Assembly (NCBI RefSeq): GCF_009914755.1
Contig: NC_060925.1
Source: the human T2T-CHM13v2.0 reference genome, Homo sapiens
Length of the DNA stretch: 64,000 bases
Strand: one strand, 5' to 3'
The position numbers and the translations under genes were made by a program. Of this stretch, positions 12,283 to 24,859 are shown piece after piece. Below the pieces are notes generated by a model, which worked only from the letters and a program-made list of their open reading frames with translations, had not been told where the DNA came from and did not search any database. Within the stretch, counting starts at the first letter, position 1; each line of letters starts with the position of its first letter.

Positions 12283-15200
12283 AATTCTCAGTAACTTCCT
12301 TGTGTTGTGTGTATTCAACTGACAGAGTTGAACTTTCATTTAGAGAGAGCAGATTTGAAACACTGTTTTTGTGGAATTTGCAAGTGGAGATTTCAAGTGC
12401 TTTGGGGCCAAAGGCAGAAAAGGAAATATCTTCGTATAAAAACTAGACAGAATCATTCTCAGAAACTGCTGCGTGATGTGTGCGTTCAACTCTCAGAGTT
12501 TAACTTTTCTTTTCATTCAGCAGTTTGGAAACACTCTGTTTGTAAAGTCTGCACGTGGAAATTTTGACCACTTAGAGGCCTTCGTTGGAAACGGGTTTTT
12601 TTCATGTAAGGCTAGACAGAAGAATTCCCAGTAACTTCCTTGTGTTGTGTGCATTCAACTCACAGAGTTGAACGTTCCCTTAGACAGAGCAGATTTGAAA
12701 CACTCTATTTGTGCAATTTGCAAGTGTAGTTTTCAAGCTCTTTTAGGTCAACGGCAGAAAAGGAAATATCTTGGTTTCAAAACTAGACAGAATCATTCCC
12801 ACAAACTGCGTTGTGATGTGTTCGTTCAACTCACAGAGTTTAACCTTTCTGTTCATAGAGCAGTTAGGAAACACTCTGTTTGTAAAGTCTGTAAGTGGAT
12901 ATTCTGACATCTTGTGGCCTTCGTTGGGAACGGGATTTCTTCATATTCTGCTAGACAGAAGAATTCTCAGTAACTTCCTTGTGTTGTGTGTATTCAACTC
13001 ACAGAGTTGAACGATCCTTTACACAGAGCAGACTTGAAACATTCTTTTTGTGGAATTTGCAAGTGGAGATTTCAGCCGCTTTGAGGTCAATGGTAGAATA
13101 GGAAATATCTTCCTATAGAAACTAGACAGAACGATTCTCAGAAACTCCTTTGTGATGTGTGCGTTCAACTCACAGAGTTTAACCTTTCTTTTCATAGAGC
13201 AGTTAGGAAACACTCTGTTTGTAAAGTCTGCAAGTGGATATTCAGACCTCTTTGAGGCCTTCGTTGGAAACGGGATTTCTTCATATTCTGCTAGACAGAA
13301 GAATTCTCAGTAACTTCCTTGTGTTGTGTGTATTCAACTCACAGAGTTGAACGATCCTTTACACAGAGCAGACTTGAAACACTCTTTTTGTGGAATTTGC
13401 AAGTGGAGATTTCAGCCGCTTTGAGGTCAATAGTAGAAAAGGAAATATCTTCGTAGAAAAACTAGACAGAATGATTCTCAGAAACTCCTTTGTGATGTGT
13501 GTGTTCAACTCACAGAGTTTAACCTTTCTTTTCATAGAGCAGTTAGGAAACGCTCTGTTTGTAAAGTCTGCAAGTGGATATTCAGACCTCCTTGAGACCT
13601 TCGTTGGAAACGGGATTTCTTCATATTCTGCTAGACAGAAGAATTCTCAGTAACTTCCTTGTGTTGTGTTTATTCAACTCACAGAGTTGAATGATCCTTT
13701 ACACAGAGCAGACTTGAAACACTCTTTTTGTGGAATTTGCAAGTGGAGATTTCAGCCGCTTTGTGGTCAATGGTAGAAAAGGAAATATCTTCGTATAAAG
13801 ACTAGACAGAATGATTCTCAGAAACTCCTTTGTGATGTGTGCGTTCAACTCACAGAGTTTAACCTTTCTGTTCATAGAGCTGTTAGGAAACACTCTGTTT
13901 GTAAAGTCTGCAAGTGGATATTCAGACCTCCTTGAGGCCTTCGTTGGAAACGGGATTTCTTCATATTCTGCTAGACAGAAGAATTCTCAGTAACTTCCTT
14001 GTGTTGTGTGTATTCAACTCACAGAGTTGAACGATCCTTTACACAGAGCAGACTTGAAACATTCTTTTTGTGGAATTTGCAAGTGGAGATTTCAGCCGCT
14101 TTGAGGTCAATGGTAGAATAGGAAATATCTTCCTATAGAAACTAGACAGAACGATTCTCAGAAACTCCTTTGTGATGTGTGCGTTCAACTCACAGAGTTT
14201 AACCTTTCTTTTCATAGAGCAGTTAGGAAACACTCTGTTTGTAAAGTCTGCAAGTGGATATTCAGACCTCTTTGAGGCCTTCGTTGGAAACGGGATTTCT
14301 TCATATTCTGCTAGACAGAAGAATTCTCAGTAACTTCCTTGTGTTGTGTGTATTCAACTCACAGAGTTGAACGATCCTTTACACAGAGCAGACTTGAAAC
14401 ACTCTTTTTGTGGAATTTGCAAGTGGAGATTTCAGCCGCTTTGAGGTCAATAGTAGAAAAGGAAATATCTTCGTAGAAAAACTAGACAGAATGATTCTCA
14501 GAAACTCCTTTGTGATGTGTGTGTTCAACTCACAGAGTTTAACCTTTCTTTTCATAGAGCAGTTAGGAAACACTCTGTTTGTAAAGTCTGCAAGTGGATA
14601 TTCAGACCTCGTTGAGGCCTTCGTTGGAAACGGGATTTCTTCATATTCTGCTAGACAGAAGAATTCTCAGTAACTTCCTTGTGTTGTGTTTATTCAACTC
14701 ACAGAGTTGAATGATCCTTTACACAGAGCAGACTTGAAACACTCTTTTTGTGGAATTTGCAAGTGGAGATTTCAGCCGCTTTGTGGTCAATGGTAGAAAA
14801 GGAAATATCTTCGTATAAAGACTAGACAGAATGATTCTCAGAAACTCCTTTGTGATGTGTGCGTTCAACTCACAGAGTTTAACCTTTCTGTTCATAGAGC
14901 TGTTAGGAAACACTCTGTTTGTAAAGTCTGTAAGTGGATATTCAGACCTCCTTGAGGCCTTCGTTGGAAACGGGATTTCTTCATATTCTGCTAGACAGAA
15001 GAATTCTCAGTAACTTCCTTGTGTTGTGTGTATTCAACTCACAGAGTTGAACGATCCTTTACACAGAGCAGACTTGAAACACTCTTTTTGTGGAATTTGC
15101 AAGTGGAGATTTCAGCCGCTTTGAGGTCAATGGTAGAAAAGGAAATATCTTCGTATAAAGACTAGACAGAATGATTCTCAGAAACTCCTTTGTGATGTGT

Positions 15201-16021
15201 GCGTTCAACTCACAGAGTTTAACTTTTCTTTTCATAGAGCAGTTAGGAAACACTCTGTTTGTAAAGTCTGCAAGTGGATATTCAGACCTCTTTGAGGCCT
15301 TCGTTGGAAACGGGATTTCTTCATATTATGCTAGACAGAAGAATTCTCAGTAACTTCCTTGTGTTGTGTGTATTCAACTCACAGAGTTGAACGATCCTTT
15401 ACACAGAGCAGACTAGAAACATTCTTTTTGTGGAATTTGCAAGTGGAGATTTCAGCCGCTTTGAGGTCAATGGTAGAATAGGAAATATCTTCCTATAGAA
15501 ACTAGACAGAACGATTCTCAGAAACTCCTTTGTGATGTGTGCGTTCAACTCACAGAGTTTAACCTTTCTTTTCATAGAGCAGTTAGGAAACACTCTGTTT
15601 GTAAAGTCTGCAAGTGGATATTCAGACCTCTTTGAGGCCTTCGTTGGAAACGGGATTTCTTCATATTCTGCTAGACAGAAGAATTCTCAGTAACTTCCTT
15701 GTGTTGTGTGTATTCAACTCACAGAGTTGAACGATCCTTTACACAGAGCAGACTTGAAACACTCTATTTGTAGAATTTGCAAGTGGAGATTTCAGCCGCT
15801 TTGAGGTCAGTAGTAGAAAAGGAAATATCTTCGTGGAAAAACTAGACAGAATGATTCTCAGAAACTCCTTTGTGATGTGTGTGTTCAACTCACAGAGTTT
15901 AACCTTTCTTTTCATAGAGCAGTTAGTAAACACTCTGTTTATAAAGTCTGCAAGTGGATATTCAGACCCCTTTGAGGCCTTCGTTGGAAACGGGATTTCT
16001 TCATATTATGCTAGACAGAAG
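12283..16021 (+). repeat. HOR variant, 22-mer (3739 bp): XY-(A-B-C)x2-E-F-D
   Basis: Anchor spacing 12307->16046. Confidence 0.85.
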
Positions 16022-19000
16022 AATTCTCAGTAACTTCCTTGTGTTGTGTGTATTCAACTGACAGAGTTGAACTTTCATTTAGAGAGAGCAGATTTGAAAC
16101 ACTGTTTTTGTGGAATTTGCAAGTGGAGATTTCAAGCGCTTTGGGGCCAAAGGCAGAAAAGGAAATATCTTCGTATAAAAACTAGACAGAATCATTCTCA
16201 GAAACTGCTGCGTGATGTGTGCGTTCAACTCTCAGAGTTTAACTTTTCTTTTCATTCAGCGGTTTGGAAACACTCTGTTTGTAAAGTCTGCACGTGGAAA
16301 TTTTGACCACTTAGAGGCCTTCGTTGGAAACGGGTTTTTTTCATGTAAGGCTAGACAGAAGAATTCCCAGTAACTTCCTTGTGTTGTGTGCATTCAACTC
16401 ACAGAGTTGAACGTTCCCTTAGACAGAGCAGATTTGAAACAGTCTATTTGTGCAATTTGCAAGTGTAGTTTTCAAGCTCTTTTAGGTCAACGGCAGAAAA
16501 GGAAATATCTTGGTTTCAAAACTAGACAGAATCATTCCCACAAACTGCGTTGTGATGTGTTCGTTCAACTCACAGTGTTTAACCTTTCTGTTCATAGAGC
16601 AGTTAGGAAACACTCTGTTTGTAAAGTCTGTAAGTGGATATTCTGACATCTTGTGGCCTTCGTTGGGAACGGGATTTCTTCATATTCTGCTAGACAGAAG
16701 AATTCTCAGTAACTTCCTTGTGTTGTGTGTATTCAACTCACAGAGTTGAACGATCCTTTACACAGAGCAGACTTGAAACATTCTTTTTGTGGAATTTGCA
16801 AGTGGAGATTTCAGCCGCTTTGAGGTCAATGGTAGAATAGGAAATATCTTCCTATAGAAACTAGACAGAACGATTCTCAGAAACTCCTTTGTGATGTGTG
16901 CGTTCAACTCACAGAGTTTAACCTTTCTTTTCATAGAGCAGTTAGGAAACACTCTGTTTGTAAAGTCTGCAAGTGGATATTCAGACCTCTTTGAGGCCTT
17001 CGTTGGAAACGGGATTTCTTCATATTCTGCTAGACAGAAGAATTCTCAGTAACTTCCTTGTGTTGTGTGTATTCAACTCACAGAGTTGAACGATCCTTTA
17101 CACAGAGCAGACTTGAAACACTCTTTTTGTGGAATTTGCAAGTGGAGATTTCAGCCGCTTTGAGGTCAATAGTAGAAAAGGAAATATCTTCGTAGAAAAA
17201 CTAGACAGAATGATTCTCAGAAACTCCTTTGTGATGTGTGTGTTCAACTCACAGAGTTTAACCTTTCTTTTCATAGAGCAGTTAGGAAACACTCTGTTTG
17301 TAAAGTCTGCAAGTGGATATTCAGACCTCGTTGAGACCTTCGTTGGAAACGGGATTTCTTCATATTCTGCTAGACAGAAGAATTCTCAGTAACTTCCTTG
17401 TGTTGTGTTTATTCAACTCACAGAATTGAATGATCCTTTACACAGAGCAGACTTGAAACACTCTTTTTGTGGAATTTGCAAGTGGAGATTTCAGCCGCTT
17501 TGTGGTCAATGGTAGAAAAGGAAATATCTTCGTATAAAGACTAGACAGAATGATTCTCAGAAACTCCTTTGTGATGTGTGCGTTCAACTCACAGAGTTTA
17601 ACCTTTCTGTTCATAGAGCTGTTAGGAAACACTCTGTTTGTAAAGTCTGCAAGTGGATATTCAGACCTCCTTGAGGCCTTCGTTGGAAACGGGATTTCTT
17701 CATATTCTGCTAGACAGAAGAATTCTCAGTAACTTCCTTGTGTTGTGTGTATTCAACTCACAGAGTTGAACGATCCTTTACACAGAGCAGACTTGAAACA
17801 CTCTTTTTGTGGAATTTGCAAGTGGAGATTTCAGCCGCTTTGTGGTCAATGGTAGAAAAGGAAATATCTTCGTATAAAGACTAGACAGAATGATTCTCAG
17901 AAACTCCTTTGTGATGTGTGCGTTCAACTCACAGAGTTTAACCTTTCTGTTCATAGAGCTGTTAGGAAACACTCTGTTTGTAAAGTCTGCAAGTGGATAT
18001 TCAGACCTCCTTGAGGCCTTCGTTGGAAACGGGATTTCTTCATATTCTGCTAGACAGAAGAATTCTCAGTAACTTCCTTGTGTTGTGTGTATTCAACTCA
18101 CAGAGTTGAACGATCCTTTACACAGATCAGACTTGAAACATTCTTTTTGTGGAATTTGCAAGTGGAGATTTCAGCCGCTTTGAGGTCAATGGTAGAATAG
18201 GAAATATCTTCCTATAGAAACTAGACAGAACGATTCTCAGAAACTCCTTTGTGATGTGTGCGTTCAACTCACAGAGTTTAACCTTTCTTTTCATAGAGCA
18301 GTTAGGAAACACTCTGTTTGTAAAGTCTGCAAGTGGATATTCAGACCTCTTTGAGGCCTTCGTTGGAAAAGGGATTTCTTCATATTCTGCTAGACAGAAG
18401 AATTCTCAGTAACTTCCTTGTGTTGTGTGTATTCAACTCACAGAGTTGAACGATCCTTTACACAGAGCAGACTTGAAACACTCTTTTTGTGGAATTTGCA
18501 AGTGGAGATTTCAGCCGCTTTGAGGTCAATAGTAGAAAAGGAAATATCTTCGTAGAAAAACTAGACAGAATGATTCTCAGAAACTCCTTTGTGATGTGTG
18601 TGTTCAACTCACAGAGTTTAACCTTTCTTTTCATAGAGCAGTTAGGAAACACTCTGTTTGTAAAGTCTGCAAGTGGATATTCAGACCTCGTTGAGGCCTT
18701 CGTTGGAAACGGGATTTCTTCATATTCTGCTAGACAGAAGAATTCTCAGTAACTTCCTTGTGTTGTGTTTATTCAACTCACAGAGTTGAATGATCCTTTA
18801 CACAGAGCAGACTTGAAACACTCTTTTTGAGGAATTTGCAAGTGGAGATTTCAGCCGCTTTGTGGTCAATGGTAGAAAAGGAAATATCTTCGTATAAAGA
18901 CTAGACAGAATGATTCTCAGAAACTCCTTTGTGATGTGTGCGTTCAACTCACAGAGTTTAACCTTTCTGTTCATAGAGCTGTTAGGAAACACTCTGTTTG

Positions 19001-20100
19001 TAAAGTCTGCAAGTGGATATTCAGACCTCCTTGAGGCCTTCGTTGGAAACGGGATTTCTTCATATTCTGCTAGACAGAAGAATTCTCAGTAACTTCCTTG
19101 TGTTGTGTGTATTCAACTCACAGAGTTGAACGATCCTTTACACAGAGCAGACTTGAAACACTCTTTTTGTGGAATTTGCAAGTGGAGATTTCAGCCGCTT
19201 TGAGGTCAATGGTAGAAAAGGAAATATCTTCGTATAAAGACTAGACAGAATGATTCTTCGAAACTCCTTTGTGATGTGTGCGTTCAACTCACAGAGTTTA
19301 ACTTTTCTTTTCATAGAGCAGTTAGGAAACACTCTGTTTGTAAAGTCTGCAAGTGGATATTCAGACCTCTTTGAGGCCTTCGTTGGAAACGGGATTTCTT
19401 CATATTCTGCTAGACAGAAGAATTCTCAGTAACTTCCTTGTGTTGTGTGTATTCAACTCACAGAGTTGAACGATCCTTTACACAGAGCAGACTAGAAACA
19501 TTCTTTTTGTGGAATTTGCAAGTGGAGATTTCAGCCGCTTTGAGGTCAATGGTAGAATAGGAAATATCTTCCTATAGAAACTAGACAGAACGATTCTCAG
19601 AAACTCCTTTGTGATGTGTGCGTTCAACTCACAGAGTTTAACCTTTCTTTTCATAGAGCAGTTAGGAAACACTCTGTTTGTAAAGTCTGCAAGTGGATAT
19701 TCAGACCTCTTTGAGGCCTTCGTTGGAAACGGGATTTCTTCATATTCTGCTAGACAGAAGAATTCTCAGTAACTTCCTTGTGTTGTGTGTATTCAACTCA
19801 CAGAGTTGAACGATCCTTTACACAGAGCAGACTTGAAACACTCTATTTGTAGAATTTGCAAGTGGAGATTTCAGCCGCTTTGAGGTCAGTAGTAGAAAAG
19901 GAAATATCTTCGTGGAAAAACTAGACAGAATGATTCTCAGAAACTCCTTTGTGATGTGTGTGTTCAACTCACAGAGTTTAACCTTTCTTTTCATAGAGCA
20001 GTTAGTAAACACTCTGTTTATAAAGTCTGCAAGTGGATATTCAGACCCCTTTGAGGCCTTCGTTGGAAACGGGATTTCTTCATATTATGCTAGACAGAAG
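16022..20100 (+). repeat. HOR variant, 24-mer (4079 bp): XY-A-B-C-C-A-B-C-E-F-D
   Basis: Anchor spacing 16046->20125. Confidence 0.85.
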
Positions 20101-22819
20101 AATTCTCAGTAACTTCCTTGTGTTGTGTGTATTCAACTGACAGAGTTGAACTTTCATTTAGAGAGAGCAGATTTGAAACACTGTTTTTGTGGAATTTGCA
20201 AGTGGAGATTTCAAGCGCTTTGGGGCCAAAGGCAGAAAAGTAAATATCTTCGTATAAAAACTAGACAGAATCATTCTCAGAAACTGCTGCGTGATGTGTG
20301 CGTTCAACTCTCAGAGTTTAACTTTTCTTTTCATTCAGCGGTTTGGAAACACTCTGTTTGTAAAGTCTGCACGTGGAAATTTTGACCACTTAGAGGCCTT
20401 CGTTGGAAACGGGTTTTTTTCATGTAAGGCTAGACAGAAGAATTCCCAGTAACTTCCTTGTGTTGTGTGCATTCAACTCACAGAGTTGAACGTTCCCTTA
20501 GACAGAGCAGATTTGAAACACTCTATTTGTGCAATTTGCAAGTGTAGTTTTCAAGCTCTTTTAGGTCAACGGCAGAAAAGGAAATATCTTGGTTTCAAAA
20601 CTAGACAGAATGATTCCCACAAACTGCGTTGTGATGTGTTCGTTCAACTCACAGAGTTTAACCTTTCTGTTCATAGAGCAGTTAGGAAACACTCTGTTTG
20701 TAAAGTCTGTAAGTGGATATTCTGACATCTTGTGGCCTTCGTTGGGAACGGGATTTCTTCATATTCTGCTAGACAGAAGAATTCTCAGTAACTTCCTTGT
20801 GTTGTGTGTATTCAACTCACAGAGTTGAACGATCCTTTACACAGAGCAGACTTGAAACATTCTTTTTGTGGAATTTGCAAGTGGAGATTTCAGCCGCTTT
20901 GAGGTCAATGGTAGAATAGGAAATATCTTCATATAGAAACTAGACAGAACGATTCTCAGAAACTCCTTTGTGATGTGTGCGTTCAACTCACAGAGTTTAA
21001 CCTTTCTTTTCATAGAGCAGTTAGGAAACACTCTGTTTGTAAAGTCTGCAAGTGGATATTCAGACCTCTTTGAGGCCTTCGTTGGAAACGGGATTTCTTC
21101 ATATTCTGCTAGACAGAAGAATTCTCAGTAACTTCCTTGTGTTGTGTGTATTCAACTCACAGAGTTGAACGATCCTTTACACAGAGCAGACTTGAAACAC
21201 TCTTTTTGTGGAATTTGCAATTGGAGATTTCAGCCGCTTTGAGGTCAATAGTAGAAAAGGAAATATCTTCGTAGAAAAACTAGACAGAATGATTCTCAGA
21301 AACTCCTTTGTGATGTGTGTGTTCAACTCACAGAGTTTAACCTTTCTTTTCATAGAGCAGTTAGGAAACACTCTGTTTGTAAAGTCTGCAAGTGGATATT
21401 CAGACCTCGTTGAGACCTTCGTTGGAAACGGGATTTCTTCATATTCTGCTAGACAGAAGAATTCTCAGTAACTTCCTTGTGTTGTGTTTATTCAACTCAC
21501 AGAATTGAACGATCCTTTACACAGAGCAGACTTGAAACACTCTTTTTGTGGAATTTGCAAGTGGAGATTTCAGCCGCTTTGTGGTCAATGGTAGAAAAGG
21601 AAATATCTTCGTATAAAGACTAGACAGAATGATTCTCAGAAACTCCTTTGTGATGTGTGCGTTCAACTCACAGAGTTTAACCTTTCTGTTCATAGAGCAG
21701 TTAGGAAACACTCTGTTTGTAAAGTCTGCAAGTGGATATTCAGACCTCCTTGAGGCCTTCGTTGGAAACGGGATTTCTTCATATTCTGCTAGACAGAAGA
21801 ATTCTCAGTAACTTCCTTGTGTTGTGTGTATTCAACTCACAGAGTTGAACGATCCTTTACACAGAGCAGACTTGAAACACTCTTTTTGTGGAATTTGCAA
21901 GTGGAGATTTCAGCCGCTTTGTGGTCAATGGTAGAAAAGGAAATATCTTCGTATAAAGACTAGACAGAATGATTCTCAGAAACTCCTTTGTGATGTGTGC
22001 GTTCAACTCACAGAGTTTAACCTTTCTGTTCATAGAGCTGTTAGGAAACACTCTGTTTGTAAAGTCTGCAAGTGGATATTCAGACCTCCTTGAGGCCTTC
22101 GTTGGAAACGGGATTTCTTCATATTCTGCTAGACAGAAGAATTCTGAGTAACTTCCTTGTGTTGTGTGTATTCAACTCACAGAGTTGAACGATCCTTTAC
22201 ACAGAGCAGACTTGAAACACTCTTTTTGTGGAATTTGCAAGTGGAGATTTCAGCCGCTTTGAGGTCAATGGTAGAAAAGGAAATATCTTCGTATAAAGAC
22301 TAGACAGAATGATTCTCAGAAACTCCTTTGTGATGTGTGCGTTCAACTCACAGAGTTTAACCTTTCTGTTCATAGAGCAGTTAGGAAACACTCTGTTTGT
22401 AAAGTCTGCAAGTGGATATTCAGACCTCCTAGAGGCCTTCGTTGGAAACGGGATTTCTTCCTATTCTGCTAGACAGAAGAATTCTCAGTAACTTCCTTGT
22501 GTTGTGTGTATTCAACGCACAGAGTTGAACGATCCTTTACACAGAGCAGACTTGAAACACTCTTTTTGTGGAATTTGCAAGTGGAGATTTCAGCTGCTTT
22601 CAGGTCAATAGTAGAAAAGGAAATATCTTCGTAGAAAAACTAGACAGAATGATTCTCAGAAACTCCTTTGTGATGTGTGTGTTCAACTCACAGAGTTTAA
22701 CCTTTCTTTTCATAGAGCAGTTAGTAAACACTCTGTTTATAAAGTCTGCAAGTGGATATTCAGACCCCTTTGAGGCCTTCGTTGGAAACGGGATTTCTTC
22801 ATATTATGCTAGACAGAAT
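20101..22819 (+). repeat. HOR variant, 16-mer (2719 bp), changing into right-type dimers at its 3' end
   Basis: Anchor spacing 20125->22844; cctagagg, ttcaacgcac and gaataattc appear after ~22140. Confidence 0.85.
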
Positions 22820-24859
22820 AATTCTCAGTAACTTCCTTGTGTTGTGTGTATTCAACTGACAGAGTTGAACGTTCATTTAGAGAGAGCAGATTTGAAACAC
22901 TGTTTTTGTGGAATTTGCAATTGGAGATTTCAAGCGCTTTGGGGCCAAAGGCAGAAAAGGAAATATCTTCGTATAAAAACTAGACAGAATCATTCTCAGA
23001 AACTGCTGCGTGATGTGTGCGTTCAACTCTCAGAGTTTAACTTTTCTTTTCATTCAGCGGTTTGGAAACATTCTGTTTGTAAAGTCTGCACGTGGATATT
23101 TTGACCACTTAGAGGCCTTCTTTGGAAACGGGTTTTTTTCATGTAAGGCTAGACAGAAGAATCCCAGTAACTTCCTTGTGTTGTGTGCATTCAACTCACA
23201 GAGTTGAACGTTCCCTTAGACAGAGCAGATTTGAAACACTCTATTTGTGCAATTTGCAAGTGTAGATTTCAAGCGCTTTAAGGTCAATGGCAGAAAAGGA
23301 AATATCTTCGTTTCAAAACTAGACAGAATCATTCCCACAAACTGCGTTGTGATGTGTTCGTTCAACTCACAGAGTTTAACCTTTCTGTTCATAGAGCAGT
23401 TAAGAAACACTCTGTTTGTAAAGTCTGCAAGTGGATATTCAGACCTCCTAGAGGCCTTCGTTGGAAACGGGATTTCTTCATATTCTGCTAGACAGAAGAA
23501 TTCTCAGTAACTTCCTTGTGTTGTGTGTATTCAACGCACAGAGTTGAACGATCCTTTACACAGAGCAGACTTGAAACACTCTTTTTGTGGAATTTGCAAG
23601 TGGAGATTTCAGCCGCTTTGAGGTCAATGGTCGAAAAGGAAACTATCTTCATATAAAGACTAGACAGAATGATTCTCAGAAAATCTTTTGTGATGTGTGC
23701 GTTCAACTCACAGAGTTTAACTTTTCTTCTCATAGAGCAGTTAGGAAACACTCTGTTTGTAAAGTCTGCAAGTGGATATTCAGACCTCTTTGAGGTCTTC
23801 GTTGGAAACGGGATTTCTTCATATTATGCTAGACAGAATAATTCTCAGTAACTTCCTTGTGTTGTGTGTATTCAACTCACAGAGTTGAAGGATCCTTTAC
23901 AGAGAGCAGGCTTGAAACACTCTTTTTGTGGAATTTGCAAGTGGAGATTTCAGCCGCTTTGAGGTCAATGGTAGAATAGGAAATATCTTCCTATAGAAAC
24001 TAGACAGAACGATTCTCAGAAACTCCTTTGTGATGTGTGCGTTCAACTCACAGAGTTTAACCTTTCTATTCATAGAGCAGTTAGGAAACACTCTGTTTGT
24101 AAAGTCTGCAAGTGGATATTCAGACCTCTTTGAGGCCTTCGTTGGAAACGGGATTTCTTCATATTCTGCTAGACAGAAGAATTCTCAGTAACTTCCTTGT
24201 GTTGTGTGTATTCAACTCACAGAGTTGAACGATCCTTTACACAGAGCAGACTTGAAACACTCTTTTTGTGGAATTTGCAAGTGGAGATTTCAGCCGCTTT
24301 GTGGTCAATGGTAGAAAAGGAAATATCTTCGTATAAAGACTAGACAGAATGATTCTCAGAAACTCCTTTGTGATGTGTGCGTTCAACTCACAGAGTTTAA
24401 CCTTTCTGTTCATAGAGCAGTTAGGAAACACTCTGTTTGTAAAGTCTGCAAGTGGATATTCAGACCTCTTTGAGGCCTTCGTTGGAAACGGGATTTCTTC
24501 ATATTATGCTAGACAGAAGAATTCTCAGTAACTTCCTTGTGTTGTGTGTATTCAACTCACAGAGTTGAAAGATCCTTTACACAGAGCAGACTAGAAACAT
24601 TCTTTTTGTGGAATTTGCAAGTGGAGATTTCAGCCGCTTTGAGGTCAGTAGTAGAAAAGGAAATATCTTCGTGGAAAAACTAGACAGAATGATTCTCAGA
24701 AACTCCTTTGTGATGTGTGTGTTCAACTCACAGAGTTTAACCTTTCTTTTCATAGAGCAGTTAGTAAACACTCTGTTTATAAAGTCTGCAAGTGGATATT
24801 CAGACCCCTTTGAGGCCTTCGTTGGAAACGGGATTTCTTCATATTATGCTAGACAGAAG
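22820..24859 (+). repeat. HOR variant, 12-mer (2040 bp): X'Y'-G-H-C/E-F/D hybrid
   Basis: Anchor spacing 22844->24884; the anchor is consensus-like. Confidence 0.85.
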
